Origin: Escherichia phage ECP2303
Reading direction: 5' to 3' (one strand)
Sequence record: PP261279.1
DNA length: 64,000 bases
Shown here one piece after another: positions 9,407 through 16,322 of this stretch; the stretch's first letter is position 1; each line of letters opens with the position of its first letter. The position numbers and the translations under genes were made by a program. The notes under the pieces were generated by a model, which saw nothing but the letters and a program-made list of their open reading frames with translations, was not told where the DNA came from and did not search any database.

Positions 9407-9652
9407 CTATTTCACAATGCCTACAAAACAGATCCCGCCTTCACCTATGTAAGCAATATCGGTAACTTTATAATTTGTCAAGATCTGTTTATTTAGTTCA
9501 TTAATAAAATCGGTCATTGCGTTGGTGTAGTTGTCTTCCATATCTAAGGCATAATCCCAGGCGTAAGCCTTTTTACGTCCGAAGCCTTTTACCATGATAC
9601 GGGCGCTTTTGGTGTTGGTGGGCGCATAATATTTGGTGATTAGTGCTGCCAT
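9407..9652 (-). CDS. hypothetical protein
   Basis: 81-aa ORF; RBS gaggag. Confidence 0.6.
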   Translation of the reverse strand: MAALITKYYAPTNTKSARIMVKGFGRKKAYAWDYALDMEDNYTNAMTDFINELNKQILTNYKVTDIAYIGEGGICFVGIVK

Positions 9653-9691
9653 GGTTTTAACTCCTCATTAGTTCAGTGTTAACAGTGTAAA

Positions 9692-9741
9692 GTTTACTTT
9701 ATTGATGGCCCTGGAGTCAAGGCCATCTAAAAATAAATTTA
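9692..9741. repeat. 45-bp conserved intergenic repeat, copy 2
   Basis: Same sequence as 5975-6020; directly 3' of the gene ending at 9739. Confidence 0.7.
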
Positions 9742-10080
9742 CTCGTTTTCTTCCAGCTCTGAAAGCTCTTCTTTCACTTCTTCGAGCTCTGTCTGCAATT
9801 CTTGGTACTCTTCATCGTCCTCAATATCCAGGCTGTCGATGTAGTCGCTAAATCCGCAGCGGTAAGCGATAGGATCTAGCTCCTTGAGGATACGCGACGG
9901 AAGAAAAGAAATGTTTCCGATCATAATTTCGCCGTAGATCTCGTCTAACCATTCATCATAGTTTTCGTCGTACTTGTCCTCGTCGATTTCAAAGTTATCG
10001 ATCTTGTTCTCAAGGTCTGCGATCTGTTTTTTCAGCGCGGCGATCTGCATAGCTTTTTCTGCGGCGGTCATAGTAGTCAT
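9739..10080 (-). CDS. highly acidic coiled-coil protein (DNA-mimic candidate)
   Basis: 113 aa, rich in D/E with heptad-like segments (ELEEVKEELSELEENE). Confidence 0.65.
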   Translation of the reverse strand: MTTMTAAEKAMQIAALKKQIADLENKIDNFEIDEDKYDENYDEWLDEIYGEIMIGNISFLPSRILKELDPIAYRCGFSDYIDSLDIEDDEEYQELQTELEEVKEELSELEENE

Positions 10081-10159
10081 GGTGTTTTCTCCTTTTGTGT
10101 GTTCTGGGAAGTTTTCCCGTTTACGTGTTTAAGTATACCGATTTGGGTTAGCTTGTCAA

Positions 10160-10279
10160 TTAAAAATTTAAGAAAAATTTTGCAAAACTGTTGGCGCTAC
10201 TCATTAACATTTGCGCCAGGATGTAACCGACAACGCAAACGATAATAGTTACCTTTGTGTATTGGCGTGTAGTGCTCAT
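10160..10279 (-). CDS. small membrane peptide (39 aa)
   Basis: Hand translation MSTTRQYTKVTIIVCVVGYILAQMLMSSANSFAKFFLNF; RBS aaggggg. Confidence 0.35.
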   Translation of the reverse strand: MSTTRQYTKVTIIVCVVGYILAQMLMSSANSFAKFFLNF

Positions 10280-10312
10280 CTTAAAGCCCCCTTTTTCGCT
10301 TAGTTGAGACTA

Positions 10313-10358
10313 GTTTACTTTATTGATGGCCCTGGAGTCAAGGCCATCTAAAAATAAA
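10313..10358. repeat. 45-bp conserved intergenic repeat, copy 3
   Basis: Same sequence as 5975-6020; directly 3' of the gene ending at 10360. Confidence 0.7.
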
Positions 10359-10359
10359 C

Positions 10360-10764
10360 TTAGTAAGTTTTCAGTACTTTACCGTCCAACCTGTCAAGCT
10401 GGATCTCGATAGCTGCAGAAAACCTATTGTACACCACGTCGCCCATAGAATCCAACCAATCTATGACGTTATACACCTGCTCTTTGTTCTTACAGGTCCG
10501 GATCCGTTTCATGATGTAAGCCGGATCAATATTGGTACTCTCGTCGGTGTTCCCCTGTACCTGGTTTGCCGTATTAGTTACATCTTTAATGGCCTTTACC
10601 ACCACCTGGAAGGGCTTTAAGGTACCTTTTGCGTTCATCTCACGCGCTTTTGCGGCGCGGTTGTTATATGTTACACAACGGCGGCAAATGTTGATCAAAT
10701 GCATGTCAATAATTTTTTCATCGTTTGCCAGTTCATTCATGATGCGGCGTACGTTCTTATTCAT
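10360..10764 (-). CDS. hypothetical protein
   Basis: ORF-track frame 10360..10863; start moved to MNKNVRR... with RBS aaaggaaaaaagatc-ATG. Confidence 0.6.
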   Translation of the reverse strand: MNKNVRRIMNELANDEKIIDMHLINICRRCVTYNNRAAKAREMNAKGTLKPFQVVVKAIKDVTNTANQVQGNTDESTNIDPAYIMKRIRTCKNKEQVYNVIDWLDSMGDVVYNRFSAAIEIQLDRLDGKVLKTY

Positions 10765-10847
10765 GATCTTTTTTCCTTTGTGTTGGCGGGAAACATTCCC
10801 GCCTTTTGTGCCCAGTTTACTTGAATTTTGCAGCGTGTCAACAATTT

Positions 10848-11246
10848 TTATTCGTGGGCGCATGTTACAATGTGCTTTTTATAGCCCAGGCGGTCAGCAA
10901 GTGCCGACAAAAACTCTTCTTCGTAGATCCAGCCGTCGGCAGTGATCCCCATAGCATTTAATGCGCTCTCAAGTGCTGCGTTGGCTTTATCATAACCGTG
11001 ACCGCTCGCCTTGCCTCCAGTATAGCCGTACTTATTGTTCTTGTTGTCGTGTATCCAAAAAACGCAGTAGTGAGTGTTCCCGCTGGCGGCGGCATAATAC
11101 CGGATCTCAGCTACTTCGTGCAAATTATTGTCATCGTCCAGGCCCACCAGATTATAAGCCTTGTAAAATCCACGATCACGGCGGCAGTTCTTGACATCAG
11201 AAAAAGAAAAGTCCGCATTATCAAAATTAAAGGTAGTGGTTTTCAT
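10848..11246 (-). CDS. hypothetical protein
   Basis: 132-aa ORF. Confidence 0.65.
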   Translation of the reverse strand: MKTTTFNFDNADFSFSDVKNCRRDRGFYKAYNLVGLDDDNNLHEVAEIRYYAAASGNTHYCVFWIHDNKNNKYGYTGGKASGHGYDKANAALESALNAMGITADGWIYEEEFLSALADRLGYKKHIVTCAHE

Positions 11247-11310
11247 GATTTTATCCTCTTAGTGTCTTTTGTGCTTTTAGTGTATTTGGTGTCGGACTGT
11301 ATGTCAATAC

Positions 11311-11508
11311 TTATTTTTTATTAAACCAGTGGTTGATCTGGCCTTTTGTCAGGGCGCAACGATTAAGCTGTTGCCGAGTATAGCTCTGACCGCGACGGAA
11401 TTTATAAAGGCCTTGCCCGTTGTTGATGGTTACATCCACCCGGCAAACCATTTGATCGGTGACCACCTGGCGAGTGTTGCGACGTACTTTGATTCCGTAG
11501 GCGTTCAT
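11311..11508 (-). CDS. hypothetical basic protein
   Basis: 65-aa ORF; RBS agagaggataaaaaatc-ATG. Confidence 0.6.
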   Translation of the reverse strand: MNAYGIKVRRNTRQVVTDQMVCRVDVTINNGQGLYKFRRGQSYTRQQLNRCALTKGQINHWFNKK

Positions 11509-11561
11509 GATTTTTTATCCTCTCTGTTAATTGGTGTGGTGTTGTTCACCTTGCGAGGATA

Positions 11562-11590
11562 AGAATAACAATAACTGTACGAGCTGTCAA
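11562..11590 (-). promoter_or_regulatory. sigma70-like promoter
   Basis: Minus-sense TTGACA-17 nt-TATTCT upstream of the gene starting at 11508. Confidence 0.35.
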
Positions 11591-11770
11591 CCATTAGTTA
11601 GAATTATTTTTTTTGGGCAGAATTCTCCAGCCGCCGCCCCTACCAGGTTAACCATCGTTTTTTCGTACTCTTCTTTATGTTCCAACGCTCCCGCCATAGC
11701 CTTTTCAACCAGGGCGATAGCCTCAGCGTCATTAATCGCTACATTTCCAGGGGATCAAATTACCTTTCAT
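11588..11770 (-). CDS. possible small gene with frameshift or non-ATG start
   Basis: Strong RBS gaggagg then ATG opens a 12-codon frame (MKGNLIPWKCSD); the +1 frame continues as protein-like ...NDAEAIALVEKAMAGALEHKEEYEKTMVNLVGAAAGEFCPKKIILTNG. Confidence 0.2.
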
Positions 11771-11960
11771 TTTTGTACCTCCTCTTCAATTGTTACCTGC
11801 CCTATAGCATAGGCCTACCAGGTTTGCAAGCTTTCACTCTCTCCTACCTGGTCAGTCAGGTCCTGCCAGGTTGGCCCCGCCAGGTTGCAACGGTTAGCGC
11901 ATCAGGTTAGAATTTTTTTGAAAAGTGTTGACAGCGGCCCCGCCAGGTGGCACAATATAC
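11640..11960. repeat. dispersed CCAGGTT iterons plus two AGGTTAGAATT-T-run elements
   Basis: ccaggtt at ~11643, 11818, 11866, 11880 (caggtt 11903, ccaggtg 11945); aggttagaatt with T-run at ~11596 and ~11905. Confidence 0.45.
11928..11958 (+). promoter_or_regulatory. candidate sigma70-like promoter, plus strand
   Basis: TTGACA-17 nt-CACAAT; followed by the GAGACAA-CACCGGGG motif. Confidence 0.35.
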
Positions 11961-11989
11961 CTATCGGAAGGACGGCAGGCACCGGTGAC

Positions 11990-12009
11990 GGGGGAGACAA
12001 CCACCGGGG
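11990..12009 (+). promoter_or_regulatory. conserved motif GGGGGAGACAACCACCGGGG
   Basis: Close copies at 12126-12144 (same strand), 2368-2386 (opposite strand) and 351-370 (degenerate). Confidence 0.45.
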
Positions 12010-12071
12010 ATGGGCGCTGCATAAAATGAGAACGGTTATCATTATCATTTAAAAATTTATGCAAAAAATCC

Positions 12072-12102
12072 TTGCTTTCTTTGTCCTGTGTGATACTATA
12101 AT
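12072..12102 (+). promoter_or_regulatory. candidate extended -10 sigma70 promoter, plus strand
   Basis: TTGCTT-16 nt-TACTAT(AAT) with TG one nucleotide upstream of the -10. Confidence 0.4.
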
Positions 12103-12125
12103 AACAAGCCGGGGCAACAGGGGCC

Positions 12126-12144
12126 GGGAGACAATCACCGGGGG
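12126..12144 (+). promoter_or_regulatory. conserved motif GGGAGACAATCACCGGGGG
   Basis: Second tandem copy, ~35 nt downstream of the 12072 promoter, followed by gagaatgattatcatt as in copy 1. Confidence 0.45.
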
Positions 12145-12217
12145 TGCCCGTTATTCTGCAAACGAGAATGATTATCATTCAAAATTCTAAATGAGAACTT
12201 TTCGCATTTCATAAATT

Positions 12218-12231
12218 TAGTTAGCATGCTA
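12218..12231. promoter_or_regulatory. perfect 12-bp palindrome TTAGCATGCTAA (operator-like)
   Basis: Read directly in non-coding DNA. Confidence 0.3.
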
Positions 12232-12304
12232 ATTACCTACCGTGACAATTCTATATAAAATAATACCTCCTTAAATATTTCCATATACAAATTTTAAAAA
12301 TCCA

Positions 12305-12480
12305 TTTCCGAAAACGAAAAATCGATTTCGTCCCCAAAAATTTCAGGTCGAGCTCCGGAACGATTTCCAGAAAATCTGATTCAGAAAACGAAAAACAGAT
12401 CGAGTACTAAGAAATTTATCGAGAAAAATTTTCAGAAAATTCAATCTTTGAAACGAAAAACAGATCGAGTACTGAGAGAG
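12305..12480. repeat. three degenerate ~66-74-bp tandem repeats
   Basis: Units begin gaaaacgaaaaa at ~12310, 12384, 12450; units 2 and 3 share cagatcgagtact(a/g)ag. Confidence 0.55.
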
Positions 12481-12631
12481 ATGTATCAAAACCTACTGAG
12501 AATAATGGGCTTATTGTTATAAAAGGTCAAAGGTAAGCTGGGAAAGTTCTGGTAGAAGGGTGAGGGTATGTGCGGAAAATCTGGAATAGTAACTTAAAGT
12601 ACGGTGCGAACGATAGAATGAGCAGCACATC

Positions 12632-12739
12632 TTATCGCGCCTGTCTTGAAAAATCCATTTTAGTTTTCGATCCATTTTCTGATTTTCTAAGAATTTTAAA
12701 ATATCCGGCCAGGTAAAATATCAAAAGGAGGAAATCCAT
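12632..12739 (-). CDS. small membrane peptide (35 aa) with stem-loop over its ribosome-binding site
   Basis: TAAGGAGG RBS 9 nt before ATG; MDFLLLIFYLAGYFKILRK...; the SD GGAGG can pair with CCTCC in codons 3-5. Confidence 0.35.
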   Translation of the reverse strand: MDFLLLIFYLAGYFKILRKSENGSKTKMDFSRQAR

Positions 12740-12784
12740 TTTAGAAATCCTCCTTATACTTGATGTGCCAGGGATTTTCAAGTA

Positions 12785-13114
12785 TCAACTGTCTTTGTTT
12801 TTAGGCTTGTGCATACGTAGAGGTATGGTCTTTATAACATTCCATCTACCCAACCCCTCCCAGTTCCAATTGTGAGCGTGATACCCGGTTATGCATGCAC
12901 TGCTGGCGTGATCATAAGCATAAGAGAACGCTATGCGAACCAAGTGGGGCCAGTCCCTCCACGGCTGTGGACCGTAAGCCTTCCTCCAACACCGACACAA
13001 ACTAATTGTCTCAAGAATAGGTAGAATAACAAATCCATATACCGCCACCAAAATGGTCAGAGCAATGATTGTCAGGAATACATACCCTGCAGTTGAAATA
13101 ATGATCTCTGTCAT
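12785..13114 (-). CDS. membrane protein
   Basis: 109 aa; hydrophobic N-terminal helix AGYVFLTIIALTILVAVYGFVILPIL. Confidence 0.6.
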   Translation of the reverse strand: MTEIIISTAGYVFLTIIALTILVAVYGFVILPILETISLCRCWRKAYGPQPWRDWPHLVRIAFSYAYDHASSACITGYHAHNWNWEGLGRWNVIKTIPLRMHKPKNKDS

Positions 13115-13314
13115 TTGTCATCCCCTTTCTTACGGATATAGATGTGAGAGCCTGCTTGTACATAAATTTCCAGACCATCTTCTGCAAAGATGTGGAATAC
13201 ACGGTCGCCTTCGTATTCAATACGGGATATCTTCATAACGGTCTTCCCACCCGGAATGCGGATCTCATCACCCACAGCAATGTTCCATGCAGATTTAAGC
13301 TTAAACATCTGCAC
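13111..13314 (-). CDS. hypothetical protein
   Basis: 67-aa ORF; 4-nt overlap with the downstream gene. Confidence 0.55.
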   Translation of the reverse strand: MQMFKLKSAWNIAVGDEIRIPGGKTVMKISRIEYEGDRVFHIFAEDGLEIYVQAGSHIYIRKKGDDK

Positions 13315-13546
13315 CCTCCTTTGGGAGCTCTAACTCTGGCATAGCCATATACGCCACAACAGGGTTGTAATCAAAGTAGAAATGACCGTTAATTATCCCA
13401 GTTTTGTGGGCATAGTCACCAGATCCTGCAAGAACAATCTCGCAAACTCCGAAATCCACCTTGCCATTCTCATCTGCCATGGCTACAATATACTTTCCTA
13501 GAGGCATGTTTTTAACGCCGTCTACAAATGTCCACCCTTTGTTCAT
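13301..13546 (-). CDS. hypothetical protein
   Basis: 81-aa ORF. Confidence 0.6.
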   Translation of the reverse strand: MNKGWTFVDGVKNMPLGKYIVAMADENGKVDFGVCEIVLAGSGDYAHKTGIINGHFYFDYNPVVAYMAMPELELPKEGADV

Positions 13547-13566
13547 ACTTTATCTCCTGCACTTTC

Positions 13567-13899
13567 TTAAGGTAACCAGTAAACAATTTCGCCTTTCAGT
13601 TCCATGTCGTTACCGACATAGATTTTCCAGCCATCCATTTTAGCCACTGCAGGAGTGAAGTCCGTAGAACCACTAACCTCTTTCCAAGTCCCGTAGTCAG
13701 GTTGCCAGATATAGAATCCACCTTCCTTGTCCCATGCTCCATATACCACATCGAGCAGGTTGCCCATTGCAACAATAGTAGGCCGTGGGAATAATACATC
13801 TACAGATGCGCCACAATTTCGGGTAGATTTTAAATTACAATCCCAAAAGATGTCTGCCAGTGTGGCGGCGATAGCTTTACGTCTTTCTAATGTTACCAT
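13567..13899 (-). CDS. hypothetical protein
   Basis: 110-aa ORF. Confidence 0.6.
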   Translation of the reverse strand: MVTLERRKAIAATLADIFWDCNLKSTRNCGASVDVLFPRPTIVAMGNLLDVVYGAWDKEGGFYIWQPDYGTWKEVSGSTDFTPAVAKMDGWKIYVGNDMELKGEIVYWLP

Positions 13900-13909
13900 G
13901 GTACGATAC

Positions 13910-14101
13910 TCACTTGTTGTTAAGAAGTTCTAAAACTTTCTGTTTTACTTTATCAAGGTCTGTTGATTCAAAAACTGTGCGATATCCCCAACTTTGCCCA
14001 TAGGAATGACTGCAATCCCCGTAACACCATTGCTCAACTTGATAGTATTCAAGGAATGGGTGCTGTCTAACTATGATGCCGTCTCGATTAAAAATTACCA
14101 T
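13910..14101 (-). CDS. hypothetical protein
   Basis: 63-aa ORF. Confidence 0.55.
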   Translation of the reverse strand: MVIFNRDGIIVRQHPFLEYYQVEQWCYGDCSHSYGQSWGYRTVFESTDLDKVKQKVLELLNNK

Positions 14102-14164
14102 AATTTATCCCTCTCTGCTAGTCTATGTTTGTATTATATACTGCAGTTTTCAGATGTCAACCTT

Positions 14165-14359
14165 TTACAGGTTACTCCAGTATAATCGGCATTTGCATTT
14201 TGGGCAATGAGGTTCTTTTATGTAGTAACCATCAGTCTTTGGAACACTTTTTGGTGCAGTTTTAAGATTGTACCGAGTAAAGCACCGGAAGCAGGTTACC
14301 TCTCCTACCTGTTGATCGTTTATCCACTCACCAGAGTAAAGCTCTTTCTTGTTTCTCAT
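14165..14359 (-). CDS. zinc-ribbon-like small protein
   Basis: ORF-track frame 14165..14416; start moved to MRNKKELY... with RBS agggag; CFRCF...CPKCKC cysteine pairs. Confidence 0.55.
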   Translation of the reverse strand: MRNKKELYSGEWINDQQVGEVTCFRCFTRYNLKTAPKSVPKTDGYYIKEPHCPKCKCRLYWSNL

Positions 14360-14361
14360 AA

Positions 14362-14556
14362 TTATCTCCCTAGTCCTCTGCAATCTTCTACCAGAATCTC
14401 CAGCCAGAAAGCACACGGGAACACTTTGAGGATTGAATCTTTACTCGGCTCGGAAGTTCTTTTTCCATAGGGCAGGTAGAAATACCCTCCTGCAGATTCA
14501 AACATGGCTCCTTCTGTTGTATCTATCACAGCTAGAATTAGGATTTTAGTCTCCAT
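14362..14556 (-). CDS. hypothetical protein
   Basis: 64-aa ORF. Confidence 0.5.
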   Translation of the reverse strand: METKILILAVIDTTEGAMFESAGGYFYLPYGKRTSEPSKDSILKVFPCAFWLEILVEDCRGLGR

Positions 14557-14610
14557 AGTGCTCCCCTGTCTTAATCGTTGTGGTGACTATACCACCTTAA
14601 AATATAGCTG

Positions 14611-15069
14611 TCAACACCCTTTGTACTCCACCACGATAATATCTATATCAAAAGTGGCAAGGTTAATAATGTCCTCTACATGTTCCCACTTCAAACCGCC
14701 TATGCCGCACCCGATCTTAGGGATGTAGAATGGTAAAATCGACCCCTCAAATACTTCATTGACTCGCTCAAATCCTTTCAGTATTGAGAAATATTCAGCA
14801 TTAGGTCCTGGATAGAACTGAGTATACAGATTTATTCCGTAGACAATACCTCTCGGAGATAAGTGCTCCCAACGGGAGAACGCGCCCAGTTTACTTAGGC
14901 AACCGTGCATAGTCATTTTATCAGCTTCCAATGCTTGAGGGAATTCACGAGCAATCTGCTTTGCTACACCCTTCCCCATTGTGTGGAAGCAGTTACAACC
15001 GTGGATCAGGTGACCAGCACCGCTCTTAAAAAGGGAGATTAAATCTCCCTCTACAGTATCAATAATCAC
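14611..15069 (-). CDS. macro-domain protein (ADP-ribose binding/processing family)
   Basis: Translation shows IVIIDTVEGDLI, HGCNCFHTMGKGVAKQI and IPKIGCGIGG, aligning with macro-domain blocks (GDIT, NAAN...GGGGVDGAI, P.ISTG.YG); likely GTG start overlapping the upstream stop. Confidence 0.6.
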   Translation of the reverse strand: MIIDTVEGDLISLFKSGAGHLIHGCNCFHTMGKGVAKQIAREFPQALEADKMTMHGCLSKLGAFSRWEHLSPRGIVYGINLYTQFYPGPNAEYFSILKGFERVNEVFEGSILPFYIPKIGCGIGGLKWEHVEDIINLATFDIDIIVVEYKGC

Positions 15070-15484
15070 GATATTCCAGCTCCTCTTCCACAATTTCAAA
15101 AAACTCAGTCCAGCACTGCGGCATATTGGAGTTACCGAAGTGGCTTTCATAGTAAAGGTTTTTACCGCTCGGAAGATAGAAATCTGTTACCTCATAAAAT
15201 CCACAATCGTCGCACTCTCCCTCTTCAAACTTGGCCTTAATCTTAATACCAAGGAAGGTGAAAAGTTTATGGATATCTTCGGTCTCGAACTCCCAACTAA
15301 TGTTGTTTTCCGCATCGGTGTAAAACTGGATCAGTAGGCCATCATCCATTTTTCCAAAATATTCTGTGAAGTAGCTCCCTTCCCAGAAGTCTTTGTGACA
15401 AATAATATCCATGCGCTTGCCCATAATAAAGGTGTGGGCGTTTCGTGCATCGTCACGAATCAGTTTTGGCATTTCATAAATCAT
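15059..15484 (-). CDS. hypothetical protein
   Basis: 141-aa ORF. Confidence 0.65.
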   Translation of the reverse strand: MIYEMPKLIRDDARNAHTFIMGKRMDIICHKDFWEGSYFTEYFGKMDDGLLIQFYTDAENNISWEFETEDIHKLFTFLGIKIKAKFEEGECDDCGFYEVTDFYLPSGKNLYYESHFGNSNMPQCWTEFFEIVEEELEYRDY

Positions 15485-15549
15485 CGTAGTTCTCCAGGAT
15501 CAATAGGTGGTGCTACAGGAAGATCATAAAACATGGCGATCACATTCTC

Positions 15550-15747
15550 TTACGCAGGAATTGCTTCAAACAGGCCGTTATCGATACCATCTTTCAAGTA
15601 AAGATTATACTCTATGTCGGTATCTGTGTAAAGGGCAGCATCCAGCATTCTATCTGTGAGTCCATCCATTGGGTGGAGAAACCACCACCCACGCCAGTCA
15701 AAGTAACAACCTGGTGCATCTTCTCTCACACGGATTCGATAAATCAT
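15550..15747 (-). CDS. hypothetical protein
   Basis: 65-aa ORF; RBS aggagg. Confidence 0.55.
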   Translation of the reverse strand: MIYRIRVREDAPGCYFDWRGWWFLHPMDGLTDRMLDAALYTDTDIEYNLYLKDGIDNGLFEAIPA

Positions 15748-15843
15748 GGGCAGTGGCCTCCTGTTAGTTACACATCCCAGTTTTCTTCGTTCATCACATC
15801 CTCCAGCTCTACAAGGTTATAATTGCACACCTTACAACCTGTG

Positions 15844-16260
15844 TCAACAGAAAACTTCAACAAATTCTTCCACAGTTTTAATGTCGTGGGAAAAAGGTTT
15901 ACGGCTATAACGAGCAATAGCACTGTCAACCACCGCCCGGTACTCCAAATCTTCAGAATATTTCATGAAGCATTGCAATGTCTCTGGACAGATAGCCAGA
16001 TAGCTCCACCACCCCTCTTCAGATTGGTAGTCAAATCCCATACTCTCTAGCCACGAAGCGTATACACCTGCACCTTCCAGCCAGTGAGTATTTTCATCAA
16101 GGAACTTGTTCACAGTCATGTGAGCTTCTAAGCATTTATCCAACTCTTTTCCGTTAACCAGCCACGCACTGACAGTGGCGCATCCAAGGTCCACAGATTG
16201 GGTTGATAGATTGTATTGGTCATAGTTCTCAGGTTTAACAATGATATCTTCTAATGTCAT
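15844..16260 (-). CDS. hypothetical protein
   Basis: 138-aa ORF; RBS agagagg. Confidence 0.65.
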   Translation of the reverse strand: MTLEDIIVKPENYDQYNLSTQSVDLGCATVSAWLVNGKELDKCLEAHMTVNKFLDENTHWLEGAGVYASWLESMGFDYQSEEGWWSYLAICPETLQCFMKYSEDLEYRAVVDSAIARYSRKPFSHDIKTVEEFVEVFC

Positions 16261-16279
16261 TTTTCAGTCCTCTCTATAC

Positions 16280-16308
16280 AAAAATGCCCCACCCTTTCGG
16301 GTAGGGCT
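16280..16308 (-). terminator. rho-independent terminator with GAAA tetraloop
   Basis: Minus-sense gccctacccGAAAgggtggggc followed by atttttgtat; near-identical copy at 26439-26467. Confidence 0.6.
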
Positions 16309-16322
16309 ATGTTAACTAGATG

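Noticed and set aside
11894-12178. 94-aa minus-strand ORF across the promoter and motif repeats
   Set aside because: Its reading frame is created by the duplicated GAGACAA-CACCGGGG units (TGTPGDCLP-like peptides recur at 2368 too); no RBS; more parsimonious as non-coding regulatory DNA.
12300-12480. Possible CRISPR array suggested by tandem repeats
   Set aside because: Units are ~66-74 bp, degenerate, and lack the constant short repeat plus unique spacer structure of CRISPR arrays; no cas genes are present.
11510-12785. tRNA gene(s) in the gene-poor region
   Set aside because: No T-loop consensus (GTTCRANYC) or cloverleaf-compatible inverted repeats were found by eye; a tRNAscan run would settle it.
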